From the IMG/VR virus record IMGVR_UViG_3300032305_000487, positions 1 through 45,228 of that record: a stretch of DNA of 45,228 nucleotides. The stretch is one strand, 5' to 3'. The DNA comes from a virus. Its lineage: Duplodnaviria; Caudoviricetes. The stretch's first letter is position 1; each line of letters starts with the position of its first letter. Of the stretch, positions 36,942-45,228 are shown in pieces. The position numbers were made by a program, and so were the translations under genes. The notes beneath the pieces are model-generated. The model made no database searches. It was not told the origin of the DNA and saw only the letters and a program-made list of their open reading frames with translations.

Positions 36942-37057
36942 GTACGGCCAACTTCGAGGATACAGGTTTCGGGGGAGTAAGGGTTTCGTACCGTACGAAA
37001 GGTTGCAGAGTGTTTGCCATAAGTTGTTGTACGGCCAGCTTCGAGGATACAGGTTTC
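36942..37057. repeat. 29-bp direct repeat pair (28/29 identical) flanking a palindrome copy
   Basis: GTACGGCCA(A/G)CTTCGAGGATACAGGTTTC at 36942-36970 and 37029-37057. Confidence 0.9.
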
Positions 37058-37182
37058 ATAGGGTAGGGGCTCAAATGGTGAGCCTGCCAAGTCGTCTCGC
37101 TTCGGCACGCGTCAAGGTGTTGTAGTGTGTTCATAGTGGCTAAGAAGCAGGTACAGGTATCACAGCCCAAAATGTTTGGGCG

Positions 37183-37210
37183 AAAAAAAAGCCCCGATTT
37201 CTCGGGGCTT
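37183..37210 (-). terminator. Intrinsic terminator after the 37225-37746 gene
   Basis: Minus strand AAGCCCCGA-GAAA-TCGGGGC followed by T8. Confidence 0.9.
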
Positions 37211-37224
37211 AGTGGTTTAGGTGT

Positions 37225-37746
37225 TTACTCTTTGATTTCGATGCCTTCAGATTCTAGGTAGGATTTCACGCCTTCAAATAAGGTTGTGATTTCGTCATTC
37301 TCGAATGACGCTTGAAGGTCATTGATAAACCCTTCAAAATCAGCGTCACGGAAACATGTAGCAAGTTTAGCTGAAAACTCTTTGGTTGCCTTCGCGCCTT
37401 TGCTTGCACCCTTTGCCTTTGCCTTACCGCGTTGACCATTCCAATCGGTGACTGGTTTGCCTGATGCGACATGCGCTTTGAATGTAGGCAAGTAGGTTTT
37501 TTGCATGGTGCTCTGTTTCAGCCCCTTAGCAATACCGCCGTCAACAAACGCGGTGGCAATGGCACAACCCGTGCCGTCTTGCTTATAAGTGCCTACAACA
37601 ACTTTCGCCTTATGCAAGGCGAGAATGTTAGTGTTAGCCGCTTCACGCTTTGCTTCAGCCGTAAGTAACGCGCCTTGCATTTCGCCTATTGCGTTGCCAC
37701 ATTCTGTAGCAAGTTGAACATTAGAGAGAGTAGAGGATTTAGTCAT
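37225..37746 (-). CDS. Hypothetical protein, first gene of the leftward (early) arm
   Basis: 173 aa, AAAGGA RBS, own terminator; K/A-rich linker and acidic C-terminal helices. Confidence 0.75.
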   Translation of the reverse strand: MTKSSTLSNVQLATECGNAIGEMQGALLTAEAKREAANTNILALHKAKVVVGTYKQDGTGCAIATAFVDGGIAKGLKQSTMQKTYLPTFKAHVASGKPVTDWNGQRGKAKAKGASKGAKATKEFSAKLATCFRDADFEGFINDLQASFENDEITTLFEGVKSYLESEGIEIKE

Positions 37747-38226
37747 GGTGAATTCCTTTCGTATGACTGTATCTAATCAGAGCCAATCCCTGAGTCGATG
37801 GTTGAACTGTATCACACCTAGCAACATCTTGCACGGGATAGATACAAATTTACACTTTCGTACTGTACGAAAGTTTGAGCGGTATAGCGACCCCACCCCC
37901 CGCTTTTAAAATTAGGTACCATACGCGCTACTACTACTCTAATCCGCTCATTAGATAACCCATTTTTAGAAATAGGTACTCCAGCTATACATGTTCTACA
38001 CAATTTTTCAACTAGTCTTAACATACCCAAAGATGTTGTAGTAAAAGAAAACCATACAGGGCCCGCTGCTTAAAGCACCCCCCCACCCCCCTTCCTTTTC
38101 TGCCACGACTTTCTATGGTCCTTTTTTAGAAAACACCCCCCGTCACTTTTATTTTTTCGCACCCCCGGGGGGTATATATTTTTTGTGATATATTTGCCCC
38201 AACTTCGGAGTGCCAACTTTCCTCCT

Positions 38227-38862
38227 ATGATTCTTGTTACACCAGAACTAAACGTTCCTGCTCCGTTTACCATGACGGACGAAGAAATTCTCAGCATCCA
38301 TGAGAAGGCTAAACTCGCCTTCAATACAGTAGAGTTCTTGCGGGCGAATGGACTGGATGATGCAGAGACTGCTGTAACCACAGAAGACAAGAAAACTGCA
38401 CGCTCAGTTTTCATGGACAACCCCACCACAACGCTGGCAGATATAAACACGCCGGGCAAAGCACTGATGTTGAAGGCTTTGCTGGATGAGTACGATATTG
38501 ACGTGATTCGTAACGCCCAGCAAGTGCGGTCATACATTAAGCTCAAGTTGCTAGAGAAGTCCGACTGCGGGGATAACAAGGTTGAACTGAAAGCCTTGGA
38601 GATGCTGGGCAAGATGAGCGATGTGGGCGCGTTTGCCGAACGGGTGGAAATTAACGTTACACACCGAACCACGGAAGAACTTGAAACCGAGTTGGCTAAC
38701 AAGCTGTCTCAGTACTTGGGCGACATCATTGATGTGGAAGCAAAGAATGTGACGAGTATGGACGTGGTGGCTAGAGCCCCAGCAGTTCAGGTAATAGATA
38801 TAGACGCCGAGTTGGGGTTTGTGGGTGGCGAATTGGAAGAAGAACATGACAACACTGAATAG
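38227..38862 (+). CDS. terS: Putative terminase small subunit
   Basis: Directly upstream of and overlapping TerL; helical, LKALEMLGK motif typical of TerS oligomerisation regions. Start uncertain. Confidence 0.55.
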   Translation: MILVTPELNVPAPFTMTDEEILSIHEKAKLAFNTVEFLRANGLDDAETAVTTEDKKTARSVFMDNPTTTLADINTPGKALMLKALLDEYDIDVIRNAQQVRSYIKLKLLEKSDCGDNKVELKALEMLGKMSDVGAFAERVEINVTHRTTEELETELANKLSQYLGDIIDVEAKNVTSMDVVARAPAVQVIDIDAELGFVGGELEEEHDNTE

Positions 38863-40411
38863 TCTGTTCCAAAATCCAAAGGCGGTTGAGGCAATACAGA
38901 ACTTGACTACGCCACAACTGCACGCACTAATAAAGCGGTTTCCTAAAGATGAGCAGGGAGCAATCACCGACATCTTGGAAGAACTGCGGACACGGAAAGT
39001 GCGCGTAAAGGCGCAAGAAGACTTCATGGAGTTCGTTCATGCCGTCTGGCCTTCGTTTATTCATGGCAAACACCATGAGCGAATGGCAAAAGCGTTTGAG
39101 GAAGTGGCTAATGGTGAGGTCAAACGCCTGATTATTAACATGCCACCCCGCCATACGAAGTCCGAATTTGCCTCATACCTGCTTCCGGCTTGGTTTTTGG
39201 GTAAATATCCGCAGAAAAAAGTGATTCAGACGTCCCATACAGCGGAATTAGCCACTGGGTTTGGTCGAAAAGTCCGAAATTTGGTGGATTCGGACGTTTA
39301 TAAGCGGATTTTTCCCCAAATTGAGCTACAAACGGACTCAAAAGCGGCTGGACGGTGGAATACCAACTTTGGCGGCGACTATTTTGCGATTGGTGTGGGG
39401 GGCGCGGTCACTGGTAAGGGCGCGGACGTACTAATAATAGATGACCCGCACTCAGAACAGGAAGCCGCCATCGGTGCGTACAACCCAGAGGTGTACGACA
39501 AGGTGTATGAGTGGTACACGTCAGGTCCACGTCAGCGTCTCCAGCCGGGTGGGGCGATTGTGATTGTGATGACGCGTTGGTCGCTACGGGATTTGACCGC
39601 TCAAGTGTTGAAGTCCGCCGCCCAGCGGGGTGGGGAAGAGTGGAAGGTGATTGAGTTACCTGCAATCTTGCCTAGCGACAAACCGCTGTGGCCGGAGTTC
39701 TGGTCTGAGAAAGAATTGAAGGCGCTTCGGGAAGAACTGCCTACGGGCAAGTGGATGGCGCAGTACCAGCAGCAGCCCACCTCAGATACAAACGCTATTA
39801 TTAAGAGAGACTGGTGGAAGTGGTGGGAAGACGACCGTCCACCGTCCTGCGAGTTCATTATTCAGTCTTGGGATACGGCGCATGAGGTCAAGAAAGTAAA
39901 TGACTACTCTGCTGTTACGACATGGGGTGTGTTCTACAACGAGGAAGACCGAGGTCTACCCAATATTATTTTGCTTAACGCAGGGAAGAAACGGTTGGAG
40001 TTTCCTGAGTTAAAGAAGTGGGCGTATGAAGAATGGGAAGAATGGAATCCAGACTCATTCCTTGTTGAAAAGAAAGCGGCGGGTGCACCTCTCATTCAAG
40101 AATTCCGTGCGATGGGTATCCCAGTCCAAGAATACAGCCCGGGAAAAGGACAAGACAAAATCACCCGACTAAACAGTGTTGCGGATTTATTTGCATCAGG
40201 TAAAGTATGGGCACCGCAGACGCGCTGGGCGGAAGAACTCGTGGACGAAGTTGCGTCCTTTCCATCCGGGGAGCATGATGACTTGGTTGACTCAATGACA
40301 CTTGCGCTGATGCGATTCCGTTCAGGTGGTTACTTGCGTCTACCTAATGATGAACAAGAAGACACCAAATATTTCAAAGGCTACAGCCGTGACAAGTACT
40401 ACACCGTTTAA
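38846..40411 (+). CDS. terL: Terminase large subunit
   Basis: INMPPRHTKS (Walker A), LIIDDP (Walker B), VMTRW, QSWDTA and HDDLVDS nuclease motifs. Confidence 0.95.
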   Translation: MTTLNSLFQNPKAVEAIQNLTTPQLHALIKRFPKDEQGAITDILEELRTRKVRVKAQEDFMEFVHAVWPSFIHGKHHERMAKAFEEVANGEVKRLIINMPPRHTKSEFASYLLPAWFLGKYPQKKVIQTSHTAELATGFGRKVRNLVDSDVYKRIFPQIELQTDSKAAGRWNTNFGGDYFAIGVGGAVTGKGADVLIIDDPHSEQEAAIGAYNPEVYDKVYEWYTSGPRQRLQPGGAIVIVMTRWSLRDLTAQVLKSAAQRGGEEWKVIELPAILPSDKPLWPEFWSEKELKALREELPTGKWMAQYQQQPTSDTNAIIKRDWWKWWEDDRPPSCEFIIQSWDTAHEVKKVNDYSAVTTWGVFYNEEDRGLPNIILLNAGKKRLEFPELKKWAYEEWEEWNPDSFLVEKKAAGAPLIQEFRAMGIPVQEYSPGKGQDKITRLNSVADLFASGKVWAPQTRWAEELVDEVASFPSGEHDDLVDSMTLALMRFRSGGYLRLPNDEQEDTKYFKGYSRDKYYTV

Positions 40412-40419
40412 GGATTAAT

Positions 40420-42915
40420 ATGGCAACAGGCATGATGGACAAAGGTTTATACCAAGCTCCTATGGGTCTCTCCGACCTCGCAGAGCAACCAGACTTGGAG
40501 ATTGAGATTGAAGACCCCGAAGAAGTAACTATCGGGGTGGGGGGTTTAGAAATTAACCTCAAGCCCGAGAAAGAAACGGCAGAGACTTTTGATGCCAATC
40601 TTGCTGAGTACATGGACGACAATGACTTGCAGTCATTGGCAGAAGATTTGGTTGAGGACTTTGATAAAGACATCATGGACCGCCGGGATTGGATCAAGAC
40701 ATATGTTGATGGCCTAAAACTCTTGGGTTTGAACTACGAAGACAGAACAGAACCTTGGCAGGGCGCGTGCGGGGTCTTCCACCCCATGCTTGCAGAAAGT
40801 GTGGTCAGATTCCAGTCCGAAGGAATTACAGAAACATTTCCAGCAATGGGGCCTGTAAAGACCGTCGTCATTGGCAAAGATACACCTGAGATTGAAGAAG
40901 CCGCTGCCCGCGTGCGCGACGACATGAACTATCAGTTGACTGAAGTAATGTATGAGTACCGCCCAGAGCACGAGAAAATGCTGTGGAACTTGCCCATCAC
41001 TGGTTCAGCTTTCAAGAAAGTGTACTACGACCCAAGCAAGGGTCGCCAGATGGCAGTGTTTATACCTGCTGAAGACATTGTTGTTCCCTACGGAGCAAGT
41101 AACCTTGAGACAGCCGAGCGGGTAACGCACGTGATGCGTAAGACGGAGAATGAGATTCTTCGTTTGCAAGAAGCGGGTTTCTACATGGATGTAGACATCG
41201 GTGAACCTACTTTTGAATTGGACGACATTGAGAAGCAGAAAGCCGAAGAGACTGGCCTGTCTGCGACTGACGATGAGCGTTACCGCATACTTGAGATGCA
41301 CATTGACTTAGACCTCAAGGGGTTTGAACACAAGAACAAAAAGGGCGAGGAGACTGGCATTGGCCTGCCTTATGTTGTAACAATTGAAAAAGGCACACGT
41401 AAAGTGTTAGCCATAAGGAGAAACTGGTATGAAGGAGATAAACTCCATCTCAAGCGACAGCACTTTGTCCACTACCAGTACATCCCCGGTTTTGGTTTTT
41501 ATGGATATGGTCTCATCCACCTTATCGGGGGCTACGCCAAGTCCGCCACCATGCTCATTCGACAGTTGGTGGACGCGGGAACTTTGTCGAACCTCCCCGG
41601 GGGCCTCAAGTCAAGAGGACTTCGGATTAAGGGTGATGACACACCGATTCAACCCGGAGAGTTCCGCGACGTAGACGTCCCAAGCGGTTCAATCCGCGAC
41701 AACATACTCCCACTGCCGTACAAGGAGCCAAGCCAAACTTTGTTTGCGCTGTTCCAGCAGATCGTAGAAGAAGGTCGTGCGTTTGCATCAAGCGGGGACA
41801 TGAACGTGTCCGACATGAGTGCACAGGCCCCTGTAGGAACTACGTTGGCGCTATTAGAACGCCAGCTAAAAGTGATGGGCGCTGTGCAAGCACGTATGCA
41901 CTTTACGATGAGACAAGAGTTCAAACTCTTGAAGGTCATCATTGCTGACTACACACCAGAAGAATATGACTACGAGCCAGTTGACGGTAGCCGCAAAGCC
42001 AAAAAGTCCGACTACGACAAAGTAGACGTTATTCCAGTGAGCGACCCTAACGCGTCAACAATGGCGCAGAAAATCGTTCAGTATCAGGCTGTATTACAGC
42101 TTGCTCAGGGCGCTCCACAGTTGTATGACTTATCCCTCCTACATCGTCAGATGTTGGAGGTGTTGGGTATCAAGAACGCAAACAAACTCATCCCAACCGA
42201 AGATGACGTCAAACCTATTGACCCTGTGCAAGAGAACATGAATTTGCTGACTATAAAGCCAGTCAAGGCGTTCCTTGAGCAGAACCACCAAGCACACATT
42301 GCTGTGCACATGTCTGCAATTCAAGACCCCAAGATTCAGATGATGATGCAAGGCAACCCACAGGCGCAAGCAATCATGGCGTCCGCGATGGCTCATATAA
42401 ATGAGCACATTGCGTTTGAGTACCGTTTGCAGCTTGAAAAACAAATGGGCTTCTCGTTGCCGCCGGTAGAAGACAAACACGAAGAGCATCAACCAGTACC
42501 AAAGGACATGGCAGACCAGATTGCTATTGCCGCCGCGCAAGCGTCACAACAGTTGTTACAGCAGAACAAACAAGAAGCCGCCCAACAATCAGCGCAGCAG
42601 AAAGCTATGGACCCAATCGTCCAGATGCAACAGCAAGAGTTGCAGTTGAAAATGCAAGAGTTCCAGTTGAAACAGCAGAAGCAACAAATTGATGCCGCAG
42701 CTAAAGCTGACCAGTTGGAGATTGAGAAATCCCGCATTGATGCCCAGATGCAAATTGCGGCTATGCAAGTGGGGGCCCAATCCGCCGCCAAACGCGATCA
42801 AATGCAGAAACAACAGCAGACTGAAGGTGTACGCATAGGGCTTGACGCTGCAAAACATAGAGCCCAGATGGCTGTGCAGGCGGCTCAACGTGCGACAAAG
42901 AAGGAGAATAGATGA
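40420..42915 (+). CDS. Portal protein with long Q-rich C-terminal coiled coil
   Basis: 831 aa directly after TerL; GFYGYGL motif; Q/A-rich helical tail like the barrel of P22-type portals. Confidence 0.85.
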   Translation: MATGMMDKGLYQAPMGLSDLAEQPDLEIEIEDPEEVTIGVGGLEINLKPEKETAETFDANLAEYMDDNDLQSLAEDLVEDFDKDIMDRRDWIKTYVDGLKLLGLNYEDRTEPWQGACGVFHPMLAESVVRFQSEGITETFPAMGPVKTVVIGKDTPEIEEAAARVRDDMNYQLTEVMYEYRPEHEKMLWNLPITGSAFKKVYYDPSKGRQMAVFIPAEDIVVPYGASNLETAERVTHVMRKTENEILRLQEAGFYMDVDIGEPTFELDDIEKQKAEETGLSATDDERYRILEMHIDLDLKGFEHKNKKGEETGIGLPYVVTIEKGTRKVLAIRRNWYEGDKLHLKRQHFVHYQYIPGFGFYGYGLIHLIGGYAKSATMLIRQLVDAGTLSNLPGGLKSRGLRIKGDDTPIQPGEFRDVDVPSGSIRDNILPLPYKEPSQTLFALFQQIVEEGRAFASSGDMNVSDMSAQAPVGTTLALLERQLKVMGAVQARMHFTMRQEFKLLKVIIADYTPEEYDYEPVDGSRKAKKSDYDKVDVIPVSDPNASTMAQKIVQYQAVLQLAQGAPQLYDLSLLHRQMLEVLGIKNANKLIPTEDDVKPIDPVQENMNLLTIKPVKAFLEQNHQAHIAVHMSAIQDPKIQMMMQGNPQAQAIMASAMAHINEHIAFEYRLQLEKQMGFSLPPVEDKHEEHQPVPKDMADQIAIAAAQASQQLLQQNKQEAAQQSAQQKAMDPIVQMQQQELQLKMQEFQLKQQKQQIDAAAKADQLEIEKSRIDAQMQIAAMQVGAQSAAKRDQMQKQQQTEGVRIGLDAAKHRAQMAVQAAQRATKKENR

Positions 42916-43106
42916 GCAACCAAGCGTTTCAATACTTAGCCAAGGAGATTGACAAGCTCCGTGGCGATCAAGTTTCCTTCCTCGCAGGAGGAGGTGCAAA
43001 AGACTTCGCCGAGTATCGGCACGTCTGCGGTGTCATCCGGGGTCTGACACATGCGGAACAACTTGTAATCGACCTCGTGCAAAAAATGGAGTATTCCGAT
43101 GAGTGA
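42912..43106 (+). CDS. Small head-module protein
   Basis: 64-aa ORF, AAGGAG RBS, ATGA overlap. Confidence 0.65.
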   Translation: MSNQAFQYLAKEIDKLRGDQVSFLAGGGAKDFAEYRHVCGVIRGLTHAEQLVIDLVQKMEYSDE

Positions 43107-43509
43107 GTTTGATGTTTCCGCTGTGGACCTCTCTGGCATCCTTAACACGACCGCCGAAGATAAAGCTAAACAGTTGCCCGATCCTTCTGGTTTTATGTTG
43201 CTTTGCGTAGTACCAGAGGCAATGGAGGAATATGCTGATAGTGATAGTGGTATTGTTAAATCAAGTCAAGCTATGTACTACGAAGAAGTATTGACCCCAG
43301 TGCTATTTGTAGTGAAGTTAGGCCCAGACGCATATCAAGACAAAACGCGGTTCCCTAGTGGTGCCCGCTGCAAGCAAGGTGATTTCGTCATCGTGCGCCC
43401 CAATTCAGGCACCCGCTTGAAGATTCACGGTAGAGAATTTCGCATCATTAACGATGATTCGGTCGAAGCCGTTGTTGAAGACCCGCGTGGAATTACCCGC
43501 GCTGCATAA
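43099..43509 (+). CDS. groES: GroES-like co-chaperonin
   Basis: P.G..LL.V, mobile-loop-like SGIV, VVKLGPDAY, CKQGDFVI, G.EFRIINDDSVEAVV. Confidence 0.75.
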   Translation: MSEFDVSAVDLSGILNTTAEDKAKQLPDPSGFMLLCVVPEAMEEYADSDSGIVKSSQAMYYEEVLTPVLFVVKLGPDAYQDKTRFPSGARCKQGDFVIVRPNSGTRLKIHGREFRIINDDSVEAVVEDPRGITRAA

Positions 43510-43519
43510 GGAGTAAATC

Positions 43520-44515
43520 ATGGCATTACCAAAATTTGACGATGAGTCCTACGAGTTACCCGATCCCGATAAATCGAAAGCTGAAGGTAAAAAGGACGAC
43601 GATTTTCAATTAGAGATCGAAGACGACACGCCACCCGAAGACCGTGGACGTAAACCTGCTTCTACGCCACCCGAAGACCCAACGGAAGACGAGTTATCCT
43701 CGTATGATGAAAAGGTACAGGCGCGTATTAAGAAGTTCACACGTGGTTACCACGATGAACGACGCGCCAAAGAAGCCGCTGAACGTGAGCGCCAAGCGGC
43801 GGAAGATTTTGCACGGCAAGTGTTTGAAGAAAATAAACGTTTGCAACAGCAGTTGTCTAATGGTAGTAAAGCGTACATTGAAACGTCTAAAGGTGCAGCC
43901 CAAGGAGAACTTGATGCCGCTGAGAAACGCTACCGCGATGCGTATGAGGCTGGCAACGCCGATGAACTTGTAGCCGCGCAAAAGGATATTGCCAAAGCAA
44001 CATTGAGAATTGACAAGGCCGAAGGGCTAAGACCCATCGAAGTCGAAGATCGACAGTTCACACCCGCTACTCAACCCGCAGAACCTAAAATAAGCCCAAA
44101 AACCAAACGGTGGCTAGAAAACAACAGTGATTGGTTTGGTGCTGATGATGAAATGACTATGGCTGCTATGGGGCTTGACAAGCGCCTGCAAAAAGAGTAT
44201 GGTGCAGACTATATTGGTACAGATGATTACTTCAAGCGAATCAACAGCACCATGCGTAAAAGATTTCCTGAGTATTTTGATACCCAGAGCAACGAGGAAG
44301 ATGACGAGCCTCCGAAAAGGTCATCAGAACCGGTAGATGAGGAAACTCCCCGCCGTGCACAAAAACCAAGTTCTTCGCCAGTGGCCCCGGCCTCACGAAG
44401 CACACCGCCAAGTCGTATAAGACTGAAGCAGTCCCAAGTTACGCTAGCCCGTAAACTAGGGATTACCCCAGAACAATACGCTAAACAGGTTGCATTACTT
44501 ACACGAGGTGAATGA
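43520..44515 (+). CDS. Putative capsid scaffolding protein
   Basis: Acidic N terminus, long coiled coil, C-terminal ARKLGITPEQYAK helix pair; position between portal and capsid genes. Confidence 0.7.
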   Translation: MALPKFDDESYELPDPDKSKAEGKKDDDFQLEIEDDTPPEDRGRKPASTPPEDPTEDELSSYDEKVQARIKKFTRGYHDERRAKEAAERERQAAEDFARQVFEENKRLQQQLSNGSKAYIETSKGAAQGELDAAEKRYRDAYEAGNADELVAAQKDIAKATLRIDKAEGLRPIEVEDRQFTPATQPAEPKISPKTKRWLENNSDWFGADDEMTMAAMGLDKRLQKEYGADYIGTDDYFKRINSTMRKRFPEYFDTQSNEEDDEPPKRSSEPVDEETPRRAQKPSSSPVAPASRSTPPSRIRLKQSQVTLARKLGITPEQYAKQVALLTRGE

Positions 44516-44973
44516 TTATGGATAAAGCACAGAACAGATTAAGCCGCGAGTTGGAAAACCGCGTTGTAACTAACCGTCCTACATCATGGCAGGCTCCCGA
44601 AACCCTACCATCGCCTAATCCACGTCCGGGTATCTCTCACCGCTGGGTAAGAACCAGTATGGTAGGGCACTCCGATGTACAAAACATCTCTAGTAAGTTA
44701 AGAGAAGGATATGAACCCTGTAAAGCAGAAGATTATCCTGAAATGATGATGCACGCTTCTACTGAAGGTCGCTTTAAAGGCAACATTGAGGTGGGAGGTT
44801 TGGTTCTCTGTAGTATTCCGTCGGAGTTTTTGGTACAGCGCGATGCACACTTCGCAAATATCAATAAACAAACTATGGAATCTGTAGATAACAATTACAT
44901 GAAAGACAACGACCCACGTATGTCGAAGTTCTCTGAGCGTTCGACAAAAGTGACGTTTGGTTCCGGTTCTTAA
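44512..44973 (+). CDS. Head-module hypothetical protein
   Basis: 153-aa ORF in the head operon, GAGGTG RBS. Confidence 0.65.
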   Translation: MIMDKAQNRLSRELENRVVTNRPTSWQAPETLPSPNPRPGISHRWVRTSMVGHSDVQNISSKLREGYEPCKAEDYPEMMMHASTEGRFKGNIEVGGLVLCSIPSEFLVQRDAHFANINKQTMESVDNNYMKDNDPRMSKFSERSTKVTFGSGS

Positions 44974-44992
44974 CTTTTTAAAGGAGTCTTAA

Positions 44993-45228
44993 ATGGCTTA
45001 TCCTGCTGTCAACGCGCCTTACGGGCTGTTGCCGCAGAACCTAATTGGTGGTCAAGTATTTGCGGGTTCTACCCGTATGTACAACATCCAGTATGGTTAT
45101 GCGACCGACATCTTTTACGGTGATTTCGTCGTACTATCGCGTGGTAATGTAACTCGTGCCTCAGTTTCTACTGGCACTGGTTTAAACCAAACGGTTGGTA
45201 TTTTCTTGGGATGTACTTATACAAACCC
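44993..45228 (+). CDS. Head structural protein (capsid or decoration protein), 3'-truncated
   Basis: AAGGAG RBS; MAYPAVNAPYGLLP...IFYGDFV...VGIFLGCTYTNP is open to the window end. Confidence 0.6.
   Translation, partial: MAYPAVNAPYGLLPQNLIGGQVFAGSTRMYNIQYGYATDIFYGDFVVLSRGNVTRASVSTGTGLNQTVGIFLGCTYTN

Larger units (their letters stand above)
30765..37872. repeat. Dispersed 17-bp palindrome TTTCGTAC-N-GTACGAAA, 10 copies
   Basis: Starts at 30765, 32480, 33625, 34535, 35283, 36109, 36452, 36728, 36984 and 37856. Eight are perfect; two (32480, 35283) end in T instead of A. Confidence 0.97.

Noticed and set aside
36942-37057. Mini-CRISPR array (29-bp repeats; a Cas4-like nuclease lies elsewhere in the genome)
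   Set aside because: Only two repeats, and the 58-bp spacer contains the genome's own palindrome. No cas operon; the PD-(D/E)XK gene sits in a normal replication module.
36887-37170. Short ORFs over the repeat block
   Set aside because: No convincing RBS; the peptide repeats merely mirror the DNA repeats, and the minus-strand ones lie downstream of a strong terminator.
30765-37872. Palindrome as a loxP-like recombination site (shares TTCGTA...TACGAA)
   Set aside because: loxP has 13-bp arms and an 8-bp asymmetric spacer; here the spacer is 1 bp, and no tyrosine recombinase is visible in the window.
30765-37872. Palindrome as an N4-type hairpin promoter for a virion RNA polymerase
   Set aside because: No RNA polymerase motifs were recognised in the 2016-aa protein, the loop base is unconstrained, and perfect sigma70 promoters already serve the region. 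Not fully excluded.
30765-37872. Palindrome as a LexA box, canonical parS or intrinsic terminator
   Set aside because: It does not fit CTGT-N8-ACAG, GTTC-N7-GTTC, the cyanobacterial GTAC-N4-GTWC spacing or TGTTNCACGTGAAACA. The stem is AT-rich and most copies lack a U tract.
38070-39027. Long minus-strand ORFs opposite terS/terL, and similar antisense ORFs throughout the window
   Set aside because: They are shadow frames of well-supported genes, with no motifs or RBS.

Overview
This window is most of a circularly permuted, podovirus-like dsDNA phage genome; no host genes are visible. It starts inside a flavin-dependent halogenase-like gene and ends inside a head gene. The major capsid, tail-fibre and lysis genes were not recognised and probably lie outside the window. 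The + strand carries tail and ejection genes (1-14.4 kb), including a 2016-aa protein with a HExxH metallopeptidase motif, and packaging/head genes (38.2-45.2 kb: TerS, TerL, portal, GroES-like, scaffold). The - strand (14.4-37.8 kb) carries replication genes (primase-helicase, SSB-like, SNF2 helicase, PD-(D/E)XK nuclease, family A polymerase, VRR-NUC, DUF3310) and an early region with a DUF3150-like / MoxR-type AAA+ / HExxH-vWA trio. The most striking unexplained structure is a 17-bp palindrome, TTTCGTAC-N-GTACGAAA, found 10 times between 30.7 and 37.9 kb and not noticed elsewhere. It lies before each gene of the AAA/vWA trio, at a near-fixed distance downstream of two perfect sigma70 promoters, inside three coding regions, and at the centre of a 340-380 bp dyad-symmetric, IHF-site-bearing, AT-rich origin-like element. 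All domain calls come from motif recognition by eye; no database search was run.
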